In this document: positions 20,754-30,057 of the stretch, in pieces
Numbering within the stretch: the stretch's first letter is position 1
Layout of the letters: every line of letters starts with the position of its first letter
Assembly: GCA_963786105.1 (NCBI GenBank)
Contig: CAWAXX010000014.1
Location: 128,001-192,000 of the forward strand
Length of the DNA: 64,000 nucleotides
Origin: Vulcanimicrobiota bacterium
GTDB taxonomy: Bacteria; Vulcanimicrobiota; Vulcanimicrobiia; Vulcanimicrobiales; Vulcanimicrobiaceae
Direction of reading: 5' to 3'
Position numbers and translations under genes: made by a program
The notes under the pieces: generated by a model
Seen by the model: the letters and a program-made list of their open reading frames with translations, nothing else
Told to the model about the DNA's origin: nothing
Databases searched by the model: none

Positions 20754-22547
20754 TCACTTGCCGGAATCGGCGCCGAGGGCGGCGAGTGCCTGCGTCCGGC
20801 GATCGATCAAGGCGCTCGCGTTTTCGACCAGCGCCGCTTCGTTTCCGAGGTCGATTCCCAGGAACTTGCGTTCCAACGCCGCCGGCGGATCGTTGAACCC
20901 ATTGCGGAGCAGCGCGACGTAATTTTCCGCGAAGGCCGACCGCCGGCGCTCGAAGTCGTCGAAATACTTGAGCGCTAAAAGCCCGGCGTAGAGATAGCTC
21001 ACGTCGTAAAGCGGATCGGTAAAATACAGCGAATCGCGAGCCCAGTAAACGCGGGCGGCGGGCTCGGCGGCCAGCAACGGGTCGTACCGCCGAAAGACGT
21101 CTGCGGTAAGGGCGTCGAGATCTTCGGCGGTCTTGAGTTTCCTTGCATCGGCATCCGCGTAAATGCGCGCTTCGAGATCGGTCTCTTCGGCCGATCCAAA
21201 CACCTGAAACGTCGCATCGTCAAGAAAGCGATTGAGGTAATAGGCGCGCTCCGCCGTGCTGCCGGCCGACTCGTACTGGCTATCGTAAAAGAGAAGCTCG
21301 TTAAAGATTGCGAACGATTCGAACATGAAGTGCGGGCCTTCGTTGTACGCCGCTATGGACTGGCTTTCGTTCATGAACTGGCGGTGGACCGCGTGACCCG
21401 ATTCGTGCGCGACCGCGCGGACGTCGTCGATCGAACCGCGGTATCCGCCGAAATAGACGCCCGATTCCGAACCCGCGAAGCCCACCGAGAAGCCGGTGGC
21501 GTCGCACGCGGGGGCGACGCAGAGTTCGACCCGTCGATTGGCGGGGTCGAGCAGGCGTTCGTAGGCCGATGCGTAGGCGTCGCCCATCGGACGCTCCGCG
21601 GCGAGAATCTTTTTGCGAGCTTCATCAAACGATAGCTCCGGAGGAACGAACGCGTTGACGGCGTCGCGGTCCCATACACGAACGGCTTTGGGGGGGACTC
21701 CCAACCGCCGAGCGGCGATCGAAACCAGGACGTCGCAGTAGGCGCGAAACGCGCCCGACGAACGTACCGCTGCTAGCGTGCGCATAACCGACGCTGTCGT
21801 CAGCGACTGCGCGGCGTATGCAGCGGCGGGCGCACCGTCGAAACTTTCCAAGCGGGCAACGCCGTTGCGTAACGGCACCATCGAAAGTAACTGCGCGGCG
21901 AACGCATCTACGTGCCGTTCGAATGGCGCCCAGCGTGCGTTGAAGGCGTCTTGTCGAGCGTCGCCGGTCCGGACTCCGGGTGCCGGCGACGCGAGGACGG
22001 ATCTACGCAGCGCTTTATAGGATGCGGCTGCCGCCGCAAGCGCCGGTTCGACGGTCTGCGCGACGGCTCGCGACTCGCCCGGCGAAAGACGATGGACGGC
22101 TTGTGCGAGAGATTGCGAGAGAAGGTACCGGTACCGTGCGAGGCTCGGCGTCGTTGCCGTCATCGCCGCAAGGCGTCGGGCACCAAAGGATGCGATCGCG
22201 GCGGCCGTTCCGTCCTGGAGCCGTTGTTCCAGTGCCGCGAGGGCGTCGTCCGCTCGGGCGTCGACGGCATCCTCCAGGTTTTCTTCAGCGCGGAGGTAGA
22301 CGTAGATATCGTGCCGCTGAATCGACGCGCGCAGGTCGTCCCCCGCATCGAGCCAACCGGCCAGACCGGACCCGGAGGCCGGCGGCGACGTGCGTAGATA
22401 CGCGTTTACCCGCTCCGTCAGCGTCGCCCGGCTCGATGCTTCGGTGCCAGCGTCCGAAAAGTAGCGACGCAGGTCGAGCCGGTAGTCTTGGAGCGCTACG
22501 GCGGCGACCAGAAGCGAGGGCAAGAGGAGTGCCGCAAGGTATCGCAT
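20754..22547 (-). CDS. M3 family (oligoendopeptidase F-like) metallopeptidase with signal peptide
   Basis: HESGH zinc motif, downstream ESFAIFNE, Tyr-rich YDVSYLYA. Confidence 0.82.
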   Translation of the reverse strand: MRYLAALLLPSLLVAAVALQDYRLDLRRYFSDAGTEASSRATLTERVNAYLRTSPPASGSGLAGWLDAGDDLRASIQRHDIYVYLRAEENLEDAVDARADDALAALEQRLQDGTAAAIASFGARRLAAMTATTPSLARYRYLLSQSLAQAVHRLSPGESRAVAQTVEPALAAAAASYKALRRSVLASPAPGVRTGDARQDAFNARWAPFERHVDAFAAQLLSMVPLRNGVARLESFDGAPAAAYAAQSLTTASVMRTLAAVRSSGAFRAYCDVLVSIAARRLGVPPKAVRVWDRDAVNAFVPPELSFDEARKKILAAERPMGDAYASAYERLLDPANRRVELCVAPACDATGFSVGFAGSESGVYFGGYRGSIDDVRAVAHESGHAVHRQFMNESQSIAAYNEGPHFMFESFAIFNELLFYDSQYESAGSTAERAYYLNRFLDDATFQVFGSAEETDLEARIYADADARKLKTAEDLDALTADVFRRYDPLLAAEPAARVYWARDSLYFTDPLYDVSYLYAGLLALKYFDDFERRRSAFAENYVALLRNGFNDPPAALERKFLGIDLGNEAALVENASALIDRRTQALAALGADSGK

Positions 22548-22658
22548 CCGAACGATCGTATCGGCGATCGTGCCGCGCGTCTAGGACGGAATTGTGGGGC
22601 GCCCGGCCGGCGAGCGGATGCCCAAAGAATAGATTCGGCGTTGCCGAACTCCAGCGTG

Positions 22659-23489
22659 ATGAAGCGCGCGCTGATGTGTCCGCCCACCTACTACACGGTG
22701 CGCGACGTTAAGAACCCGTTCATGCGTCCCCAGAACGCCGTGAACGGGGCCCTCGCCATGCAGCAGTGGATCGGTTTGCGCGATGCCTTCACCCAGTTGG
22801 GCGTCGACGTGCAGGTCGTCGAACCTGTCGAAGACCTGGAGGACATGGTCTTTGCGGCCAATCAGGTTTTTGTTGGATCGGGTGCCGCGCACGAGCGCTT
22901 CATCGTTCCCAGCCGCATGCGCCACGAATCGCGTCAGCGCGAAGTGCCCTATTACGTCGCGTGGTTCGCCCGGCGCGGGTTCGATTCAATAGATCTCGGT
23001 CTGGACGCCAGCGCCGGTGAGTTTCTCGAAGGCCACGGCGACCTGATGTGGCGGCCGAACTCGAACCTCGTGCTGGCCGGTCACGGATTTCGTTCGTCCG
23101 AAGCCGGCGTTGCCCGGTTTGCGCAAGCGATGCAACCGGAGCGAATTCGGGTCGTGACGGTTCGGCTCGTCGATCCGACGTTTTATCATCTCGATACGTG
23201 CATGTCGCCGCTCAATGCCGAAGCGGCGCTGATCTATCCGGGCGCTTTCGCCGGCGAATCGCTGGACGCGTTGCATGGCGAGTGGAAGCGGCTGTACGAG
23301 GTGACGCGCGATGACGCGATGCAGTTTGTCTGCAACGGCGTCAGCGTCAACCGACACTTTATCACTTCGCATCCGTCGCCGGTACTCGAAAGAGCTCTCG
23401 CGGCGGAAGGCTTGGAGCCGGTTCTCGTCGACGTTTCGGAGTTCGAAAAAGCCGGTGGCAGCGTCTTTTGCATGAAGAATGCGCTGTAG
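22659..23489 (+). CDS. Amidinotransferase/DDAH-superfamily protein
   Basis: LMCPP.YY.V...NP.M, DMVFAAN, EGHGD, FYHLDTC, EFEKAGGSVFCM. Confidence 0.85.
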   Translation: MKRALMCPPTYYTVRDVKNPFMRPQNAVNGALAMQQWIGLRDAFTQLGVDVQVVEPVEDLEDMVFAANQVFVGSGAAHERFIVPSRMRHESRQREVPYYVAWFARRGFDSIDLGLDASAGEFLEGHGDLMWRPNSNLVLAGHGFRSSEAGVARFAQAMQPERIRVVTVRLVDPTFYHLDTCMSPLNAEAALIYPGAFAGESLDALHGEWKRLYEVTRDDAMQFVCNGVSVNRHFITSHPSPVLERALAAEGLEPVLVDVSEFEKAGGSVFCMKNAL

Positions 23490-23498
23490 GCGCGCCTG

Positions 23499-24266
23499 CT
23501 AAAATCGCAACGAAAGGCAGCTCAGCCCTCCGTCCATCTTCCGAAACTCCGAAACGTCGAGCGCCCTCGCCTCGAAGCCGGCGCTCGACAAGTCTCGTTG
23601 CAGCCGGAAGTGACCGTCCGCGATCAAGACCGCGTCGTTCACACGCACGCAGTTCGCGCCGTATTCCTCGCCGGGGGCGACGCGAACGATGCGGTCGTGC
23701 GATATGGCGATGACCGGGAGCAACGCGTCGACGACCACGAAGCGGTCGTCGCCGAGGTAGGCGAGGCCGCTCTTGAGGTGCAGTATGCCGGGCACGCGAC
23801 GAATGTCGACGAGCACCGGCGTCTTGCCGGCGCGGGCGAGCACGGTCGCGAGTTGCTCGGCGCCCGCGCGGTTGGTTCGATGCGAGACGCCGACGAAGAC
23901 GCGGTCGCCGGCTTCGCACACGTCGCCGCCGTCGAGCGTACCCGGTGCGACGATTTCCTCGAAGTCGGCGAAAAACGTCGCAAGCGGCTCGCGTATCGCT
24001 TCGCCTAAACGCGCTTTCGCTCCCGACCGAGCCAGAACCGCACGTTCGCCGATCAAGACGGCGGCGTCTTCGACGAAGTGCGCGTCGGGGTGCGCTGGGT
24101 CGGCCTCGAGCACGGTGACGACTGCTCCGGCGGTGCGCAGCGCTTCGCAATAGGCAGCGTGCTGTTCGCACGCTCGTTCGAAATTCGGCGCACCGAGCGA
24201 GGCCGTCGTCAGTCCGTCGCCGAGATGGCTCGACGGACGTCGAACGATCGCGTTGCGAGTTCGCAT
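23499..24266 (-). CDS. Dimethylarginine dimethylaminohydrolase (DDAH)-like
   Basis: PDAHFVED, LDGGDV, RTN, LHLKSG, EFRKMDGGLSCLSLRF. Confidence 0.9.
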   Translation of the reverse strand: MRTRNAIVRRPSSHLGDGLTTASLGAPNFERACEQHAAYCEALRTAGAVVTVLEADPAHPDAHFVEDAAVLIGERAVLARSGAKARLGEAIREPLATFFADFEEIVAPGTLDGGDVCEAGDRVFVGVSHRTNRAGAEQLATVLARAGKTPVLVDIRRVPGILHLKSGLAYLGDDRFVVVDALLPVIAISHDRIVRVAPGEEYGANCVRVNDAVLIADGHFRLQRDLSSAGFEARALDVSEFRKMDGGLSCLSLRF

Positions 24267-24270
24267 CGCG

Positions 24271-25509
24271 TCAGGACTCGTGGCTTGCTGCCCAACGATG
24301 AGCAACCGTGCTCGCCAGGAGTGCGGGGACGACGCCTACGAGTGCCATGACCGCGAGCGCACGCCAGGCATACGGATAGCCGTGCACTTCTATCAGCGCG
24401 CCGAACAGCGTCGGCGACACGAAAGCGGCAAAGAAAACCCACGTCAAAGCCACGCCGAGCGCGCTTCCCGAATGTTCCTCGCCGCCGATTTCGGCGAACG
24501 CAATCACTCCGACGCCGAACCACCCTTCGGCCGTGAATCCAAGCGCCGCGGCCAGCGCCGCCACCACCCAGAACGGAGTTAGCGGGGTCATCGTCGAGAC
24601 GCCGAACACGATGACGGCGGTGGCGATGCAGGCGACCGCGAGCGGTAACGCGCGGCTTCCGCGAAAGACTTTATCGCTGGACCATCCCCACGACATCCGG
24701 CCCGCGATGGCGGCAATTTGCGAGAGCGTAAAAACACCGACGGCTAGCGGGATGGCGTAGCCCACTTCGTGCACGAGGGTGAGAGTCAGGAACGCGAGCA
24801 GGACCATCTGCGCGCTCACCAAGGCCATCGACGTGAGCGACATGAGGATCAGCCGGGCGTCGCGCGAGATCTGCAGCATCTCGGCGAACATCGAGGGCAG
24901 CGACACGCGCTCGCCCTGAAGTTCGACCGGCTCCCGATAGAGGATCGAGGCAACCGAACACGTGACGGCCGTCACGACGCCGGCGGTGGCGAGAGCCCAT
25001 TGATAGTTGAAATGGATCGCTACCGCAGGTAGAATCGCCGAACCGAGCACGCCGGCAAGCGGCACGCCGCATTGCCGCACGCCCATGGCAAATCCACGGT
25101 CCTCTTTCTTGAAGAAAAACACGATGGCGTGGCTGCCGGCGGGTGTGACCGAGGCGTAGCCGATGCCGTAGAGCGCGAGCCATAGTAAGACCCAGTGGAA
25201 GTTGTGAATCAAGGAAGCGCAAACGAGCGCGGCGCCCATGAACCACCCGCTCCACAAAAGCACGGTCTTGTCGCCGAAACGGTCGGTGAGCGCGCCTGCG
25301 ACGGCGGTCGCGAACATCGAACCTACCAGCTGGACCGAAAGAATGACTCCGAGCTGCGATTGCGGGAGCGCGAAGGCCGACTCCAAAAATGGCGTTATCG
25401 TACCCGTAGAAACGATGAATAGAGACGCCGCAACCATCGCGCCGGCGAAGAGCGCGAGCACTTCGTAGCGCGATTCTGGCATCGGGTTCGACGGTCGTAT
25501 CCGGCGCAT
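24271..25509 (-). CDS. MFS transporter
   Basis: 12 TM; GALTDRFGDK motif A; start could alternatively be 25482. Confidence 0.85.
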   Translation of the reverse strand: MRRIRPSNPMPESRYEVLALFAGAMVAASLFIVSTGTITPFLESAFALPQSQLGVILSVQLVGSMFATAVAGALTDRFGDKTVLLWSGWFMGAALVCASLIHNFHWVLLWLALYGIGYASVTPAGSHAIVFFFKKEDRGFAMGVRQCGVPLAGVLGSAILPAVAIHFNYQWALATAGVVTAVTCSVASILYREPVELQGERVSLPSMFAEMLQISRDARLILMSLTSMALVSAQMVLLAFLTLTLVHEVGYAIPLAVGVFTLSQIAAIAGRMSWGWSSDKVFRGSRALPLAVACIATAVIVFGVSTMTPLTPFWVVAALAAALGFTAEGWFGVGVIAFAEIGGEEHSGSALGVALTWVFFAAFVSPTLFGALIEVHGYPYAWRALAVMALVGVVPALLASTVAHRWAASHES

Positions 25510-25578
25510 GCCGCTGCTTTCGATTCATCGCGCGCGGACCCCGCGTGCGAGCGGAGGTTTCGTGCAAAGATCGCAAAA

Positions 25579-25884
25579 GTGAACGCGTGTGAACGAACTC
25601 GACCGGATCGCGGATCGTTGACTCCCCTGCAGCGATATCTCATCATTTTTGCGTTGACGGCGCCGTCGGCCGTCGTCGTCTGGTCGATCTTTCATGGCGT
25701 GTTTACCACCCTGACGCGGACCGAAGCAGCGATGGGCTACGTCGATCCGCTGACGCAGATGGGTATATATCTCGGGTACGTTGCGATGTTCGGCGGGACG
25801 ATGGTGTTCGCGGGAATCGCAACGTGGGCCGCCGTGCGGGCGGCCGCTATTTGGCTGAACCAGCGCCGGGAGAAAAGGGGGTAA
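25579..25884 (+). CDS. Small hypothetical membrane protein (2 TM)
   Basis: Two hydrophobic helices; start uncertain (TTG 25618 possible). Confidence 0.5.
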   Translation: MNACERTRPDRGSLTPLQRYLIIFALTAPSAVVVWSIFHGVFTTLTRTEAAMGYVDPLTQMGIYLGYVAMFGGTMVFAGIATWAAVRAAAIWLNQRREKRG

Positions 25885-25895
25885 ATCGAAAAACC

Positions 25896-26738
25896 GTGCG
25901 GGCTTTGCTGGTCGTCAACCGCCGCTCGCGTCGCGGGCGCGAGATCGGTGAGCGGGCAGCCGCCGAACTCGCGGCGCGAGGCGTCGAGGTGATACGATTT
26001 TCTCCGCGCGTTCGGTCGAGCCCGACGCCCGCATGCGATTGCATCGTGGCCGTGGGCGGAGACGGCACGCTGGTTGGACTGATCGGCCGGGCAATTCGCG
26101 CCGGCGTGCCGGTCGGCGTGGTCCCGGGCGGCACGTTTAACGAACTGGCGCGGACGCTGTCGATTCCGCTCGACGTCGGGGCCGCCTGCGACGTCGTCGC
26201 CGCCGGACGAACGCGTGAGATCGACGTCGGTCTCGTCAACGGCGTTCATTTTATCAACGAAGCTAGTATCGGCATTTCCAGTAGGGCGGCCCGCATGCAG
26301 ACCGGCGAACTGAAGCGCCGCTACGGATTGCTCGGGGTGGCCGCGACCGCTTACCAGGCGCTGTGGTACGCGCGTCCGATGTTTGCCGAAGTCTCGTACG
26401 GCGACGTCGTGGTGACGTTCAAGACGATCCAGGTCACGATCGCCAATAGCCATCGGTTCGGCGGTCTGTTCGAGGTGGCCGATGCCGCGATCGACGACGG
26501 CTGGCTCGATCTCTATTCCGTCGAGATCGAAACGTTTTGGCAAGCGTTCCGCGTCACGCGGGCGATCCTTCAAGGTAAACGTGAATCGGTCCCGGGCCTG
26601 CGTTCGCTTCGCGCCGCTCGGTTTCGGATTCACCAGCATCGCCGCCACCACATCACGGCCGACGGCGAGCCGGCCGGCACAACGCCGGCAACGTTCGAGG
26701 TCTTGCCGAAGGCCCTGCGCGTTCTCGTGCCGGAATAG
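25896..26738 (+). CDS. YegS/diacylglycerol kinase family lipid kinase
   Basis: VVN, GGDGT, PGGTFNELAR, FINEASIG, DDGWLD, ADGE. Confidence 0.92.
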   Translation: MRALLVVNRRSRRGREIGERAAAELAARGVEVIRFSPRVRSSPTPACDCIVAVGGDGTLVGLIGRAIRAGVPVGVVPGGTFNELARTLSIPLDVGAACDVVAAGRTREIDVGLVNGVHFINEASIGISSRAARMQTGELKRRYGLLGVAATAYQALWYARPMFAEVSYGDVVVTFKTIQVTIANSHRFGGLFEVADAAIDDGWLDLYSVEIETFWQAFRVTRAILQGKRESVPGLRSLRAARFRIHQHRRHHITADGEPAGTTPATFEVLPKALRVLVPE

Positions 26739-26743
26739 ATGGA

Positions 26744-27718
26744 ATGCGCTACCGAACGCTCGGACATTCCGGCCTACGCCTCTCGGTCATCGGTTTAGGT
26801 TCCTGGTTGACGTTCGGCAGTACGGTCGAACGCGACGTGACGCGCGCCTGCGTTTTGCGAGCCTGGGAGCGGGGCGTGAACTTTTTCGACACCGCGAACG
26901 TGTACGCGCGCGGCGCTGCTGAGGAGACGCTCGGACCGATTCTCAAAGAACTCGATCGTGACGCGCTCGTGCTGGCCACCAAAGTGTATTTTCCGACCGG
27001 AGAAGCGGTTACCCATCGCGGCCTTTCGCGCAAGCACATTCGCGATCAGGTGGAGCGGTCGCTAGCCCGCCTCCAGGTCGACTACATCGACCTTTATCAA
27101 TGTCATCGGTACGACACCACGACGCCGCTCGAAGAGACGTGCGCGATGATGAACGACTTGGTGCGCGCGGGAAAAATTCTGTATTGGGGCGTTTCGGAAT
27201 GGAACGCCGATCAGATCGCCGCCGCCGCAACGCTCTGCACGGCACGCGGCTGGACGGCGCCGGTCGGCAATCAGCCGCAATACAACGCGCTCTGGCGGCG
27301 CATCGAGGAGCGCGTGTTACCGGCCTGCCGCCACTACGGTCTTGGTAACGTCGTGTGGTCGCCGCTCGCGATGGGAATTCTCACCGGCAAATATACCGAC
27401 GCGCGCCGTCCTCCAGCCGGAACGCGGGCGGCCGGTCAGGCGAAAGACATGATGGAGGACTACTTCAACCAAGCGGTGCTCGACGCGGTGCAACGGCTGG
27501 TGCCGCTCGCGCGGCAGGTTGGATGCACGCTCTCGCAGCTCGCGCTCGCGTGGTGCCTGCGTGACGACGTAATCACCAGCGCGATCGTCGGGGCGACGAA
27601 AGTCGAGCACCTCGACGACAATCTCGGCGCCGCCGACCTCGACGTCGATCCGTCGGTTTTCGAGGAGATGAACGCGATTCTGAAGCCGGTTACGCCGCAC
27701 GAACCGTACCTCGCGTGA
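26744..27718 (+). CDS. Aldo/keto reductase (Kv-beta-like)
   Basis: GLGSWLTFG, FDTANVY, ATK, DLYQCHR, WSPLAMG.LTGKY. Confidence 0.93.
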   Translation: MRYRTLGHSGLRLSVIGLGSWLTFGSTVERDVTRACVLRAWERGVNFFDTANVYARGAAEETLGPILKELDRDALVLATKVYFPTGEAVTHRGLSRKHIRDQVERSLARLQVDYIDLYQCHRYDTTTPLEETCAMMNDLVRAGKILYWGVSEWNADQIAAAATLCTARGWTAPVGNQPQYNALWRRIEERVLPACRHYGLGNVVWSPLAMGILTGKYTDARRPPAGTRAAGQAKDMMEDYFNQAVLDAVQRLVPLARQVGCTLSQLALAWCLRDDVITSAIVGATKVEHLDDNLGAADLDVDPSVFEEMNAILKPVTPHEPYLA

Positions 27719-27732
27719 CGCGATCTCCACGG

Positions 27733-30003
27733 CTACGTGCCTTCGTCGGCTCCTGCGTGGAAAACGTACTTGACGATCAATCGGTTCAACGTCGTGTTCG
27801 CCGCCGGCGATCCGAAGTTGACGTACAGTTCGTTACCGCCGCGGAATCGATCGTGAAAGGCGACTGCGAAGTTCGAGCCGGGTTGCGTCGCAAATCCGCC
27901 TAGCCCGTTGATCGATCGATATCCGATCGTAATGGAACTCTCGGCGGTGAGATTGTAGCCGATCGAAATCCGTCGCAGCCATTGAGAATCGAGCGGTAGG
28001 TCGCCGACGAGCGGGCGTTCGTACGTGCCGTCGTACTCGAGGCCGAGCGTCATCCGCCGGCCGAGCGGCCGGCTCGTGGTGATATCGAACAGGTGGATGT
28101 AGTCGCTCCCAAACGGACCCCACGAGTAGGTTACGTCGAACGGCGTGGGCGTGCCGTCGCGATAGCCTACCGGGATCGAGCTGAGATTGAAGGCCTGCGT
28201 CGTCCCTCCCAGATAGCACGGGTAGCCGGTGAACGACGATTGCGAAACGATCGGGCCGCTGCAGCCGGGGCCGGCCGGAATATCGTAGCTTCGTAGCTGG
28301 CCGATTGCCGCGCCGACGCCGTTGAGCGAGAACCCGTTTTTGAACGTCGCGTTAAAAAAGACTTGCGTATCGGCTTGATGGACGGCGCCGGACTCATCGA
28401 CGAACCGGTCGCCGCCCACAAACAACCCGTAGTTCTTAACGCCAGGCGTCGAACCGACGAAATTGACGAAACCCTGCAATCCTCGAATATCGGAGTTGAC
28501 GGTGAAGCCGTCGATCGGATTGTAGTTTGGGGAAACGTCGAAGTAGCCGGCATTGATCTCGAAGTTGGGCTTGTGCACGTCGACGAACAGGTCGGTCAGA
28601 TCGGCATGGCCTTGCGGCACCCAGTTGCCGTACTCGAACGAGTGATCGACGAACCACACTAGGCCGCTGCGGAGGTTGCGGCCCTCCATTCCGGCTTCGA
28701 TCGTCGAATCGTTTCCCGCAATGCTATGATGCGCGAGCACGCCGTCGCTCCAGTAGAGAAACGTTCCGTCCTGCAGTGCGTGTTCGTATCCGTAGGCTTG
28801 GTCGTCGAACGTGTTTCCCGTCGTCTGGTCGAAGCCGCGAAAGGAAAGCACGCCAAGACTCTGATTGCCGAACGTGCCTTCCACCTTTGCGCCGCGATCG
28901 AACGGACCGACCTCGGGCGAGTAGAAGACGAAATTGGGAACGGTCGATATCGCCGAGGTCGGCGATCGCGGGCCCGAGTTTGCGTTGATGAAACTGGCTC
29001 CCTGAGCGAAGAACGGCCGGTACTCGACGAGTTGCCGCTGGAATTCTTGCGGCGCGATCGTCTGTTGATCGATTTCGACGTTCGAGAAATCCGGTGCAAT
29101 CGTGCCGACGAAGCTCATGGTCGGCGTCAGCGGATAGCTGAGATCGATCCCGACCGGACGCACCTTCATCGGCAAAAACTCGCCGTTGGCCTGTTGAAAG
29201 AGGTTGCGGTCTTCTCCGATGCTGGCGAGTCCGAAAATATCGGCACGTCCCCGCGGTCGCGTTCGCCCCGTGGAACTCGTCGTGACACCGGTTGCGGACG
29301 CCCACCAGCGCGTGTCGGCAAACGTCGGCCACGTGCCGGCCGGTGCATCTTGCATGAGGCCGTCGTACGACCAAACGTAGTGCTCGGCGTTGCCCGACAA
29401 CGCCCGAACGAACTGGACGCGCCAGGTTTGCGACGAGCCGCTGCGGATCTTCAGGACGTCGAGCGGGACGATCATGACGGCGCTCCAGCCGTCGGGACCG
29501 GTGGCGGCCGCCGCTTGCCAGCGCGGCCGGTATCGCGTGTTCTCTGCCGCTTGCTGATAGCGGACGCCATGCGGCGTGGTTTCGAAATAGTATGCCTGAG
29601 AGCCGGCGCCGCTGGTGTCGAGGCCGATGCCGACGAAATCGTCCACGCCGAAGCCGACATCGTTGGTCCCTTGCGTCGCCACAATCGTGCGCGGGTTCTG
29701 CGCGGCTTTGAAGCCCACGTAAAGAAAGCGGTCGTCGTATAGCAAGTAAGCAGTCGTCTGGTTGGTGGCTGGGCTACGGGTCGTCACGTTTTCCCAAGAG
29801 CCATTGTTCGGTACCTGGCCGGCAGCCCAGCCGGGATCGCTGAGGCTGGGGTCGAGCGGAAGCGGATGGGCGGCGCGCGCGACCGGAAACGAAAACTTCT
29901 GGTTCGCTGCGGCGTATAGGGGAGTAGGAAGTGACGACACCCCAAGGATGAGCCCTATGACGAGACCGGTCGCCTTGCGCACGCCTACAGCGTCACTCGG
30001 CAA
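27733..30003 (-). CDS. Secreted/outer-membrane protein with N-terminal CBM9-like sugar-binding domain (DUF5916-like)
   Basis: Signal peptide; LLYDDRFLYVGF; PDFSNVEID…EYRPFF; beta-strand-rich C-terminus ending LIVKYVF; start could alternatively be 29982. Confidence 0.65.
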   Translation of the reverse strand: MPSDAVGVRKATGLVIGLILGVSSLPTPLYAAANQKFSFPVARAAHPLPLDPSLSDPGWAAGQVPNNGSWENVTTRSPATNQTTAYLLYDDRFLYVGFKAAQNPRTIVATQGTNDVGFGVDDFVGIGLDTSGAGSQAYYFETTPHGVRYQQAAENTRYRPRWQAAAATGPDGWSAVMIVPLDVLKIRSGSSQTWRVQFVRALSGNAEHYVWSYDGLMQDAPAGTWPTFADTRWWASATGVTTSSTGRTRPRGRADIFGLASIGEDRNLFQQANGEFLPMKVRPVGIDLSYPLTPTMSFVGTIAPDFSNVEIDQQTIAPQEFQRQLVEYRPFFAQGASFINANSGPRSPTSAISTVPNFVFYSPEVGPFDRGAKVEGTFGNQSLGVLSFRGFDQTTGNTFDDQAYGYEHALQDGTFLYWSDGVLAHHSIAGNDSTIEAGMEGRNLRSGLVWFVDHSFEYGNWVPQGHADLTDLFVDVHKPNFEINAGYFDVSPNYNPIDGFTVNSDIRGLQGFVNFVGSTPGVKNYGLFVGGDRFVDESGAVHQADTQVFFNATFKNGFSLNGVGAAIGQLRSYDIPAGPGCSGPIVSQSSFTGYPCYLGGTTQAFNLSSIPVGYRDGTPTPFDVTYSWGPFGSDYIHLFDITTSRPLGRRMTLGLEYDGTYERPLVGDLPLDSQWLRRISIGYNLTAESSITIGYRSINGLGGFATQPGSNFAVAFHDRFRGGNELYVNFGSPAANTTLNRLIVKYVFHAGADEGT

Positions 30004-30057
30004 ACCGGGAAGCGTCCTCAGAAAGCCATCAAAGATTTTTGCACGAGGAGCCGCGTC

